Source of the DNA: Alphaproteobacteria bacterium | GTDB lineage: Bacteria; Pseudomonadota; Alphaproteobacteria; CASFRQ01; SAAU01 | NCBI GenBank assembly: GCA_009929265.1 | Contig: SAAU01000003.1 | Span: forward strand, 86,836 to 150,835 | Direction: 5' to 3' | Length of the DNA: 64,000 nt | In this document: positions 10,513 through 18,764 of the stretch, one piece after another | Layout of the letters: every line of letters starts with the position of its first letter | Position numbering within the stretch: the first letter of the stretch is position 1 | Made by a program: the position numbers and the translations under genes | The notes under the pieces: generated by a model | Told to the model about the DNA's origin: nothing | Seen by the model: only the letters and a program-made list of their open reading frames with translations | Database searches by the model: none

Positions 10513-10958
10513 CACATTCTTACTACTTAAAAAAAGCCATTGAAGAAAGCTTAAAAAGCGTTGAAAATGGATCTTCTCCCTTTGGCGCCCTTGTCGTAAA
10601 TGAAAAAGGCGAAATTATTGGAACCGGACACAATCAAGTGGTTTCTTTAAATGACCCTTCTGCCCATGGGGAAGTTATGGCGATTCGGGATGCTTGCCAA
10701 AACATTCATTCCTTTGATTTATCAGGCTGCACACTTTATAGCTCTTGCGAACCGTGTCCGATGTGTTTAAATACAGCAAAATGGGCAAATATTAAAGAAA
10801 TTGTTTATGCCGCTACACGGGAAGACGCCGAAAAAATTGGCTTTCGCGATAAAATCTTTTATGAAGAGGATCCTCTCATCCTCACCCATCTTGAGGAAAG
10901 TTCTGCCCAAGACGTCATGCAAAAATGGTATCAAAAAGAAGATAAAAAAGAATACTAG
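10509..10958 (+). CDS. CMP/dCMP-type zinc deaminase (guanine deaminase/nucleoside deaminase-like)
   Basis: 149 aa. Zinc-ligand motifs are H-x-E (AHGEVMAIRDA) and PCxxC (CEPCPMC). The N-terminal SPFGALVV and the downstream FRD..FYEE resemble the small GuaD-type guanine deaminases. Confidence 0.8.
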   Translation: MTHSYYLKKAIEESLKSVENGSSPFGALVVNEKGEIIGTGHNQVVSLNDPSAHGEVMAIRDACQNIHSFDLSGCTLYSSCEPCPMCLNTAKWANIKEIVYAATREDAEKIGFRDKIFYEEDPLILTHLEESSAQDVMQKWYQKEDKKEY

Positions 10959-10975
10959 TATTAAAAATCAACATT

Positions 10976-11014
10976 AAAAAACGCCCCTTCAAATTGAAAG
11001 AGCGTTTTTATTTT
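10976..11014. terminator. Bidirectional rho-independent terminator between convergent deaminase and STAS genes
   Basis: Hairpin AAACGCCCCTTC / GAAAGAGCGTTT at 10979-11007. On the minus-strand RNA it is fully paired using two G:U wobbles and is followed by a U-run. On the plus strand it has two C:A mismatches and is followed by TTTTTATTTT. Confidence 0.65.
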
Positions 11015-11036
11015 ATCTCTATGTTAAAGAAAATCT

Positions 11037-11342
11037 TTACTCCACAAATTCATATAGATTATCAAATCGAGCCGCAAACATTACATCCTTAACGCGTCCT
11101 TGTACCCCTTTTATTTTAAGTTTTGTGCCGTGAATACTGGCTTCATCACTTGCAATCACAAACATTCCTAAAGCAGCAGAATCAATGAAATCACATTGAG
11201 AAAGCTCAAAGACAATCTCTTTATCCCTTCCCTTTTTAATCAAAGAAATAATTTCAAAGAATTTGTCATGGTCACGAAAAGTAAACGTTCCAATTAAGGA
11301 AACCTCTTTTTGAGATTTAACAGCTTCTATTTTATAATCCAT
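11037..11342 (-). CDS. STAS-domain protein (anti-sigma-factor antagonist-like)
   Basis: 101 aa. The SpoIIAA-like pattern ...FELSQCDFIDSAALGMFV... includes the conserved DS(A) site. Confidence 0.75.
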   Translation of the reverse strand: MDYKIEAVKSQKEVSLIGTFTFRDHDKFFEIISLIKKGRDKEIVFELSQCDFIDSAALGMFVIASDEASIHGTKLKIKGVQGRVKDVMFAARFDNLYEFVE

Positions 11343-11410
11343 CTTTTATCTCCATGCTCCCTTTAACATTTATAGAACTATATTCCGTCATTTCGAAAGC
11401 AACGTCAAGC

Positions 11411-12175
11411 TTATTTTTTCGTAAAAACGAAATAATAAGGATTTCTTCCGGCTTTTATTCCTTTTTCCTCATAACGTGTAGGAATCCAATCTTTTGGTCG
11501 AATTCTTATCTCTTTATTTTTCAGCTCAAAAAGGTTAGATTCCTGAACTTTCGATTCGGTCCATTCGGCATAAAGTGGCACATCTGTTGCAACAATCAAC
11601 TCGCCCCCTTTTTTCAATAAAGAAGCTAAAACGGGTAAATTTTTCGGACCAATAAATCTTCTCTTTTCATGACGTGTTTTAGGCCAAGGATCTGGGAATA
11701 AAACATATATTTGCGAAAAAGCCTCCCTTTTTAACAAAGGAAATAACAAACGAACGTCTTCATGAAAAATTCTTAAATTATCAACGCGTCCCTTTTGAAA
11801 GGAAACAGATTTATCTTGATTTACCTGCCCGATTAAAGCCAATAAATGTGCTACCCCATTAACAAAGACCTCGGCGCCTAAAAACCCTGTTTTAGGGGAA
11901 CGCAAAGCCATTTCAGCAATATGCTCTCCGCCCCCGAAACCAACTTCTAAACAAAAGTCATCCTTCTTTTCTGGGAAAAAATCTTGCATATTCAAGCATT
12001 CTAAAGCAACTTCTTCTTTATGAAGCTCTTCAATAACTTCATCTGGGGAAAGGTATCCTTTTTTCTTTACATCAGGAATTTTTAAAGAAACTTGAGGCAA
12101 AAGTTTTTCCATTAAAATCACTCTGCCAGGTTTAAGGGCTTTCCCCTTACGACGTCCGTAAAACTTTTCTAACAT
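11411..12175 (-). CDS. trmB: tRNA (guanine46-N7)-methyltransferase
   Basis: SAM-binding motif LEVGFGGGEH and signature LFPDPWPK are present. The start is set at ATG 12173-12175 (MLEKFYGRRKG), giving a 7-nt overlap with metK. The track start at 12211 would overlap metK by 43 nt. Confidence 0.88.
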   Translation of the reverse strand: MLEKFYGRRKGKALKPGRVILMEKLLPQVSLKIPDVKKKGYLSPDEVIEELHKEEVALECLNMQDFFPEKKDDFCLEVGFGGGEHIAEMALRSPKTGFLGAEVFVNGVAHLLALIGQVNQDKSVSFQKGRVDNLRIFHEDVRLLFPLLKREAFSQIYVLFPDPWPKTRHEKRRFIGPKNLPVLASLLKKGGELIVATDVPLYAEWTESKVQESNLFELKNKEIRIRPKDWIPTRYEEKGIKAGRNPYYFVFTKK

Positions 12176-13314
12176 TTTTGAAATATATCCATTAAATCTA
12201 ATTTTTCCCAAGAAAAGGACCCGTCTTCCAATGCTTTTCGACCAAAGTGCCCAAAGGAAGCCGTCTTTTCATAAATTGGACGGTTTAAGGAGAGTTTTTC
12301 CCGAATACCATTTGGTGTTAAATCAATATTTTCTTGAATTGTTTTGATGATTTTTTCTTCCGATACTCTCCCTGTTCCAAAGGTATCTAAATACAAAGAA
12401 AGCGGTTCTTTCATCCCAATGGCGTAAGAAAGCTCTATCAAGCATTTATCCGCCAGAGAAGAGGCCACAATATTTTTGGCCAAATAGCGCGTCATATAGG
12501 CCGCAGATCTATCCACTTTTGACGGATCTTTTCCAGAAAAAGCCCCGCCGCCATGTGGGGCGGCTCCCCCATAGGTATCCACAATAATTTTACGCCCTGT
12601 AAGGCCCGTATCCCCCACAGGTCCGCCAATGACAAAGCGTCCGGTAGGGTTCACATAGACTTTATTTTCAGGTAAAGACCATCCTTTTGGAAGAACGCTT
12701 TTTAATGCCTTTAGTACCACAGCTTTAATTTCATCCAAAGAGGCCTCTTTCGTATGTTGATTCGAAACAACCACACTATCTACCCCAACAGGCGTATCTT
12801 CGTTATATCGAATAACAAACTGACTTTTCCCATCAGGAAGCAAGAAAGGCGCTTTTCCTTTTTGACGCAAATGAGTTAACTCTTCCAAAAGTCGATGTGA
12901 CAAATAAAGTGGCATCGGCATATATTCACTGGCCCCTTCATTGACAGCATAGCCAAACATAATTCCTTGATCGCCAGCGCCGCCTGTATCAACACCTAAT
13001 GCAATATCCCTTGATTGCGTATGAAGGAGATTCAAGACCGAAACAGTTTCAAAATGAAAGCCCTTTTGTGTATAGCCAATCTTTTTAATTTCTTGACGCA
13101 CAATATGCTCAATTTCTTCATTTGAAACAGGGGAAAGGCTGGAAACCTCGCCTGCTAAGACAACTTTATCAACTGTCACCAAAGTTTCAATCGCACACCT
13201 TGCTTGACTGTCCTTAGATAAAAATAAATCAACCAATGCATCTGAAATTTGATCGGCCACCTTGTCTGGATGTCCGGCCGAAACAGATTCACTTGCAAAA
13301 AGATAGTCTTTCAT
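12169..13314 (-). CDS. metK: S-adenosylmethionine synthase
   Basis: 381 aa. Signatures GAGDQGIMFGYA and GGGAFSGKDPSKVDRS are present. Confidence 0.97.
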   Translation of the reverse strand: MKDYLFASESVSAGHPDKVADQISDALVDLFLSKDSQARCAIETLVTVDKVVLAGEVSSLSPVSNEEIEHIVRQEIKKIGYTQKGFHFETVSVLNLLHTQSRDIALGVDTGGAGDQGIMFGYAVNEGASEYMPMPLYLSHRLLEELTHLRQKGKAPFLLPDGKSQFVIRYNEDTPVGVDSVVVSNQHTKEASLDEIKAVVLKALKSVLPKGWSLPENKVYVNPTGRFVIGGPVGDTGLTGRKIIVDTYGGAAPHGGGAFSGKDPSKVDRSAAYMTRYLAKNIVASSLADKCLIELSYAIGMKEPLSLYLDTFGTGRVSEEKIIKTIQENIDLTPNGIREKLSLNRPIYEKTASFGHFGRKALEDGSFSWEKLDLMDIFQKC

Positions 13315-13354
13315 TCATGTCCTCCTCATAAAAATAAAATTTTTTAGAAATTTT

Positions 13355-15817
13355 CTATTTTTCTTCATCTAAAGTAGATTGAACATGCCAAATATCTCGC
13401 GCATATTCACAAATTGTCCTATCTGAAGAGAATTTTCCAGATCTTGCAATATTGATTAAGGACTTTTTGTTCCATTCTTTTTGATTAAGATAGTTCTTCG
13501 TCAATTCGTGATGAACCTCTAAATAAGAAGCAAAATCAGCCAACGTCATATAATAATCATTAAACATAATGTGTTGGAAAATCGGTTGGAAAATCCCTGG
13601 TTCATCAGGACAGAACCTATTGGATGAAACCGCATCCATCACACGTTTAATTCGTTCGTCCATATTGTAGTAATCCCAAGGACGATGAGTTCCTTCCTTT
13701 TGACGGCGTGCAATTTCTTCTGCATTGAGGCCAAAGAGATAGAAATTATCGCCCCCAACTTCTTCACGAATTTCGATATTGGCTCCATCTAACGTTCCAA
13801 TCGTCAACGCGCCGTTAAGCATAAACTTCATATTCCCCGTGCCTGAGGCTTCAAACCCAGCTGTTGAAATTTGTTCACTGACTTCCGAAGCTGGGAAAAT
13901 CTTTTCTGCAACAGAGACCTTATAATCCGGAATAAAGACCACTTTGATTTGCCCTTTTGTGCGTTCATCGTTATTGATAACTTTTGCAACATTATTGATA
14001 AATTTCACAATTAACTTTGCCATTTCATATCCAGGCGCCGCCTTTCCTGCAAAGATATAAGTCTTTGGATACGGTAAATCTATCCCATCTTCCACAATTT
14101 GAAGATACTCTAAAATGATATGAAGCGCATTCAAAAGCTGACGCTTATATTCGTGAATTCTTTTAGCTTGCACATCGAAAATAGAATGCGTATCGACAAG
14201 AATCCCCGTCTTTTGGGAAATAAAGTCTCTTAAAATTTCCTTATTTTGAAGCTTAATTTGACTTAAAGAAGTCATAAAGTCCTCATCTTCCAAAAATGCC
14301 TCTAATTGATGAAGATGGTTTAGGTCTGTAATCCATTTATCGCCAATATGCGAAGAGATTAAATTTGCCAAAGGCATATTACAATCCAAAAGCCAACGCC
14401 GTTGCGTAATTCCATTTGTTTTGTTGTTAAACTTTTCAGGGGTCATTTGGTAAAAGTCTGGCACCAGTTTTGTTTCAATTAAATTTGTATGAAGACGCGC
14501 TACACCGTTGACAGAGAAACTTCCCGCAATCGCCAAATTTGCCATACGAATCTGTTTTGATAATCCCTCTTCAATCAAAGACATCCGAGACATTTTTCCA
14601 AAGTCCCCAGGATATTTGTCTTGAACTTCTTTCATTAACCAATCGTTTATATCGTAAATAATCATCAAATGACGCGGCAAGAGTTTTTCAAACATGGCAA
14701 CAGGCCACTTTTCCAGCGCTTCTGGTAAAAGCGTATGGTTGGTGTAAGCCATTGTCTTTGTTGTAATCTCCCAAGCTTCATCAAAGGGCAGATTCTTTTC
14801 ATCTATTAAGATCCGCATCAATTCCACAATCGCAAGGGTCGGATGCGTATCGTTCATTTGAATAACTGCTTTTTCAGGGAGTTTATGAAAATCTGTATGA
14901 TCTTCTTCAAAGCGACGCAAAATATCGCTAATGGAACAGGCTACAAAAAAGTATTGTTGCATCAATCTTAAATAGCGCCCTTTTTCAGAAGAATCTGACG
15001 GATAAAGAACTTTTGAAATCGTTTCGACCTCAATTTTTTTATCAACGGCGTCTAAGTAGTTGCCTTCGTTAAAAATCCCAAAGTCTAAATTAGAAGACGC
15101 TTTTGCCGAATATAACCGAATATAGTTAACGCTTTTCCCTTCAAACCCAACAATAGGCATATCATAAGGAATGCCATAAATTTCGTCACAATCCACCCAA
15201 TGAGGCACACGCATCCCGTTCTTTTCTTTATATTCAATGTGTCCATGAAGAAGAATTTTACAAAGTCTATCCCCACGTTCAATTTGCCAAGGGGAAGATC
15301 TGTCTAACCAAGAATCTGCACTTTCTTTTTGATATCCATTTTCAAACTGTTGACGGAACAAACCAAACTGATAGTTAATCCCATATCCATATCCTGGAAG
15401 TCCCAACGTTGCCATTGAATCCATAAAACAAGCGGCTAACCTTCCCAACCCTCCATTTCCTAAAGCAGGATCATATTCGGCATCTAAAACACTTTTGAGC
15501 GGGATATCATTATTGAGTTTTATTTCGTCCAATAGATGATAAATTCCAAAGCTATGGAGATTATTTTCAAGTAATCGCCCAATTAAATATTCTACAGATA
15601 AATAATAAACCCGCTTTGGATCTTTTTTTGAATGACGCGCCGCTGTTTTAAACATGCCATCAACACAAAAATCCCGAACAGCTAAAGCCAAAGCCGTAAA
15701 TAAATGTTCTCTATTGGCCTCAGACTCTTGCTTACATAAGGAGTATTTTAAATGAATTTGAATTCTCTTTTTTAATTCTTCTGCCGTTATTGTGTGGAGA
15801 GTTTTTTCTTTTTCCAT
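13355..15817 (-). CDS. glgP: Glycogen/maltodextrin phosphorylase
   Basis: 820 aa. The PLP-lysine signature is EASGTGNMKFMLNGALTIGTLDGANIE. The N-terminal region is LGNGGLGRLAACF. Confidence 0.96.
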   Translation of the reverse strand: MEKEKTLHTITAEELKKRIQIHLKYSLCKQESEANREHLFTALALAVRDFCVDGMFKTAARHSKKDPKRVYYLSVEYLIGRLLENNLHSFGIYHLLDEIKLNNDIPLKSVLDAEYDPALGNGGLGRLAACFMDSMATLGLPGYGYGINYQFGLFRQQFENGYQKESADSWLDRSSPWQIERGDRLCKILLHGHIEYKEKNGMRVPHWVDCDEIYGIPYDMPIVGFEGKSVNYIRLYSAKASSNLDFGIFNEGNYLDAVDKKIEVETISKVLYPSDSSEKGRYLRLMQQYFFVACSISDILRRFEEDHTDFHKLPEKAVIQMNDTHPTLAIVELMRILIDEKNLPFDEAWEITTKTMAYTNHTLLPEALEKWPVAMFEKLLPRHLMIIYDINDWLMKEVQDKYPGDFGKMSRMSLIEEGLSKQIRMANLAIAGSFSVNGVARLHTNLIETKLVPDFYQMTPEKFNNKTNGITQRRWLLDCNMPLANLISSHIGDKWITDLNHLHQLEAFLEDEDFMTSLSQIKLQNKEILRDFISQKTGILVDTHSIFDVQAKRIHEYKRQLLNALHIILEYLQIVEDGIDLPYPKTYIFAGKAAPGYEMAKLIVKFINNVAKVINNDERTKGQIKVVFIPDYKVSVAEKIFPASEVSEQISTAGFEASGTGNMKFMLNGALTIGTLDGANIEIREEVGGDNFYLFGLNAEEIARRQKEGTHRPWDYYNMDERIKRVMDAVSSNRFCPDEPGIFQPIFQHIMFNDYYMTLADFASYLEVHHELTKNYLNQKEWNKKSLINIARSGKFSSDRTICEYARDIWHVQSTLDEEK

Positions 15818-16018
15818 CAGATTTTCCTATATTTTTTGATAAAAAACCTATCTTTTTTTCAAGTTAAGTTAATCATAAAAATAAACGAAAAAAATATCAA
15901 CTTTTTTCTTTTTTTTAAGGGAAAAAACATAAAAATCTCTTGCATATAAAAAAAGAACAAGATATGAATAAAAAAGAGGTATTTTAACTTAGGCTTTATA
16001 AAGCTAGGATGGAACGTT

Positions 16019-16753
16019 ATGAAAAAACAAATCATTTCACTTGTTTTATTGACTTTTGCATTTGGAAGTTGTGCTTTTGCTCTTCCGAAAAATCAAGAAC
16101 TTTTTTGGACTTTTGACGAAGATGGGAAAAAGGCCATTATTCCTCAAGAATGTGCAGCATCTACTGATGCCGAACAACTGTTAAAAGATGGGCTGACTTT
16201 CTTAACCCAAACAGACGGCACGGAAATGGGCGCTGGATATTGCCTTCTCTCTGCTGCTTTCTTGGGAAATGTAGATGCTCAATTTACAGTCGCTCAACTT
16301 TATCACCATGGGGCTCTCCTTCCTCAAAATGATATTTCTGCGTATAAATGGGCTCTTTTAGCAACGATTAACGGGAACAAAGAAGCCGACACCCTTGGCG
16401 TTTCCATTGAAAAGAAGCTTTCTCCAGAGGAAATTCAAATCGCCCATGATTCTCTTGATAAGCTTATCGAAATTATGCAAAATCGCTCTGATTCAAAGTT
16501 AGAATCTTTGGATAAAAAGATTAAAAATCTCCGTCAAAAGTTGATTGCAACTGAAATTGATATTGAAGATATTAAATACTTTGGAAAAACAGAAAAAGAA
16601 GCTGAACTTGAAAAAAAGGAAGCCTCTAAAACGATTGATTATTCCAAACCTCAAGAAGCCTCCTCTCTTTCGGCGCGGCCTTTTAGACGAAATTCCATGA
16701 AGCAATCTGCACCTAATTTCAACTTCAACGATGTTTATAGAACTGAAAAATAA
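16019..16753 (+). CDS. Secreted Sel1-like repeat protein with C-terminal coiled coil
   Basis: Signal peptide MKKQIISLVLLTFAFGSCAFA. Sel1-type repeats are visible (GAGYCLLSAAFLGNVDAQFTVAQLYHHGALLPQNDISAYKWALLA). The tail is KE-rich and coiled-coil. Confidence 0.7.
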   Translation: MKKQIISLVLLTFAFGSCAFALPKNQELFWTFDEDGKKAIIPQECAASTDAEQLLKDGLTFLTQTDGTEMGAGYCLLSAAFLGNVDAQFTVAQLYHHGALLPQNDISAYKWALLATINGNKEADTLGVSIEKKLSPEEIQIAHDSLDKLIEIMQNRSDSKLESLDKKIKNLRQKLIATEIDIEDIKYFGKTEKEAELEKKEASKTIDYSKPQEASSLSARPFRRNSMKQSAPNFNFNDVYRTEK

Positions 16754-16764
16754 AGGGATTTGGT

Positions 16765-17154
16765 ATGTTTCGAAAAACAATCTTCTCTTTCTTCTTTCTT
16801 CTTATTATGCTAGGTGGCATCTGTTTTTCTGCTTTAGCTGAAACATTTGTTGAAGGACTTGAAGATATCCCTTTAATGCAGGGATTAACCCAGTTGGAAG
16901 ATGAAAATATCTCTTTTGATGTCCCAGAAGGGGCCTTTAAATCAATCAAGTTGGAAACAAAAACTCTCACACAGAAAGAAATCCTGACCTTTTATGAAGA
17001 ATCTTTGAAAAATTTAGGTTGGAAGAAAACAGCAAAAAATACGTATGAACGAGAAAATTTAACCTTGCGCGAATCTTTTGAAAGAGAAGGAAAAAAACTT
17101 CTTTTAATCTTTGAATTAACAACAAAAAGCCTTATAAAAAGGGATAAAAATTAG
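16765..17154 (+). CDS. Secreted hypothetical protein (129 aa)
   Basis: Signal peptide ...GGICFSALAE. It starts 11 nt after the Sel1 gene. I recognise no motif. Confidence 0.55.
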   Translation: MFRKTIFSFFFLLIMLGGICFSALAETFVEGLEDIPLMQGLTQLEDENISFDVPEGAFKSIKLETKTLTQKEILTFYEESLKNLGWKKTAKNTYERENLTLRESFEREGKKLLLIFELTTKSLIKRDKN

Positions 17155-17167
17155 GGAGAACCGATAC

Positions 17168-17923
17168 ATGAATTTTAAAAATATTTTGGTTGAAAAACAG
17201 GGGCACGTCGGTTTTATAACCTTAAATCAACCAGCTTCTTTAAATGTTATTACCTCTGCTATGGTCTCGGAAATTGAACAAGCAGTTTTAACTTTTGAAG
17301 AAGATGAATTTGTTTCCGTTATTGTCTTAAAAGGAAGCGATGAAGCTTTTTCCAGTGGATTAAATTTAGAAGAAATTGAAAATGAAAGCTATGCTCATCT
17401 TCTTAAAACCCCTTTCTTTGATAAAAAATGGAATGCCCTTTTAGAGGCTAAGAAACCCATTATTGGGGTGGCAAGCGGCTATACACTCGGTATGGGATTT
17501 GATATTCTTTTAATGTGTGATCTAATTTTGGCCTCTGATACAGCCGTTTTTGGATACCCTGAAATCAGCATTGCCTTAGTTTCTGGTGTTGGTGGGATGA
17601 AACGCTTGAAAAACAGAATCGGTCTTGCGAGAAGCTCTGATATGCTTTACACAGGGAAACTTATTTCGGCCGATACGGCGCTTGAATACGGACTTGTTTC
17701 CCGAGTTATTCCGCTTTCCCTTTTGGGCAAGGAAGTTTCAGAAACAGCCAAACGGATAAGTTCTTTTTCTTCCCCTGTTTTACGATTGATTAAACGGGAA
17801 CTTACTCAAAACGAACCTTCTTTAGATGACAGTGCTTTCAACACATGTTTTAGTTTAGAAGACACTTTAGAGGGCATTAAAGCGGGAATAGAAAAAAGAA
17901 CCCCTCAATTCAAAAATAAATAA
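17168..17923 (+). CDS. Enoyl-CoA hydratase/isomerase (crotonase) family protein
   Basis: 251 aa with crotonase-fold features: FSSGLNLEE and GYTLGMGFDILLMCD. The specific substrate cannot be assigned. Confidence 0.85.
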   Translation: MNFKNILVEKQGHVGFITLNQPASLNVITSAMVSEIEQAVLTFEEDEFVSVIVLKGSDEAFSSGLNLEEIENESYAHLLKTPFFDKKWNALLEAKKPIIGVASGYTLGMGFDILLMCDLILASDTAVFGYPEISIALVSGVGGMKRLKNRIGLARSSDMLYTGKLISADTALEYGLVSRVIPLSLLGKEVSETAKRISSFSSPVLRLIKRELTQNEPSLDDSAFNTCFSLEDTLEGIKAGIEKRTPQFKNK

Positions 17924-18038
17924 ATGGATTGAAAATTCTTTTTTTTACAAAAGAAACAATAAAATGAGTTGACTTTTTTTCATTTTAGCGATAAAGAAGT
18001 TGACTTGAAGGTTTAATTTAAATTTTTAGGAAAATGAA

Positions 18039-18305
18039 ATGGCTTACTACAAATCTGCAAAAACAAGAATTAAAAGAAATAAAAAAAGAGAAATCATTAA
18101 CGGGATGCGTCGCGTTGCTTTAAGAACAGCTGTTAAGAAAGTTGAAAAAGCTTTGACTGCTGGTTCTGTTGAAGAAGCAAAAACAGAATTTAACACAGCA
18201 CAAACTCTTTTAAGACGCGCTGTTAATAAAAAAGTGATGAAATTAAACACATCTGCTCGTACAATTTCTCGTTTGGCACAAAAAATTAAAAAAGCTTCTG
18301 TCTAA
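18039..18305 (+). CDS. rpsT: 30S ribosomal protein S20
   Basis: 88 aa, very basic. The start MAYYKSAKTRIKRNKKR... is S20-like. It lies upstream of dnaA, as in many alphaproteobacteria. Confidence 0.93.
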   Translation: MAYYKSAKTRIKRNKKREIINGMRRVALRTAVKKVEKALTAGSVEEAKTEFNTAQTLLRRAVNKKVMKLNTSARTISRLAQKIKKASV

Positions 18306-18318
18306 TTTTGACATCTTA

Positions 18319-18351
18319 AAAATCCTTTAGTTTTTCTGAGGGATTTTTTTT
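18319..18351 (+). terminator. Rho-independent terminator of rpsT
   Basis: AAAATCCTTTAG (18319-18330) pairs with CTGAGGGATTTT (18336-18347), including two G:U pairs, around a 5-nt loop. A T-run follows. Confidence 0.7.
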
Positions 18352-18431
18352 CGAAAAATATATAGACAAAAATATTTTTTCTGTATATTCTTATTTTATA
18401 AATAAGATTTAAGGAAAGAAAGGATTTTTTC

Positions 18432-18590
18432 ATGCTAACTGTTGAAGTTGTCAAAACTGCGATTGATGTTGTTGGGATTGCTATGGGAATCGCACAAGTC
18501 CTTAAAGGCATTAAGGAAAAACGTCAAGGGAGAGGCAAAAAAATGTCTCCTTCTTTATTAAAGAAGGCTAAATTATTTCCCGCAAGATAA
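18432..18590 (+). CDS. Small hydrophobic/basic peptide (52 aa), hypothetical
   Basis: Read from the DNA: ATG at 18432 is preceded by AAGGAAAGAAAGGA. The translation is MLTVEVVKTAIDVVGIAMGIAQVLKGIKEKRQGRGKKMSPSLLKKAKLFPAR, with TAA at 18588-18590. Terminators lie on both sides (18319-18351 and 18647-18676). It falls below the track cutoff. Confidence 0.4.
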   Translation: MLTVEVVKTAIDVVGIAMGIAQVLKGIKEKRQGRGKKMSPSLLKKAKLFPAR

Positions 18591-18646
18591 AGACATTTTA
18601 GAATACTTGTTTGAAAAATATCCAACAGGCCTTTATAGAGCTTACC

Positions 18647-18676
18647 AAAATCCCTAATTTCTTTTGGGGATTTTTT
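18647..18676 (+). terminator. Rho-independent terminator after the 52-aa ORF
   Basis: AAAATCCCT (18647-18655) pairs with GGGGATTTT (18666-18674) around a 10-nt loop and merges into TTTTTTAATTTT. The minus-strand reading has no T-tail. Confidence 0.6.
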
Positions 18677-18764
18677 AATTTTATAAACAAAGAAATATTG
18701 CTTTTTGAAATCAAACTTATTAGAATGGGCTCAATCATAAAATATAAATAAAAAAGGAAATAAA

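Noticed and set aside
13315-13354. SAM riboswitch upstream of metK
   Set aside because: Only 40 nt separate metK from the glgP stop. This holds a GAGGAGGA ribosome-binding site and has no room for a riboswitch aptamer.
18591-18764. Possible oriC / DnaA-box cluster upstream of dnaA
   Set aside because: No TTATCCACA-like 9-mers occur in the spacer. The only exact consensus copy seen (1119-1127) and the TTATCCACG copies (20059-20067, 20999-21007) are isolated and inside coding regions. Alphaproteobacterial origins are usually not next to dnaA.
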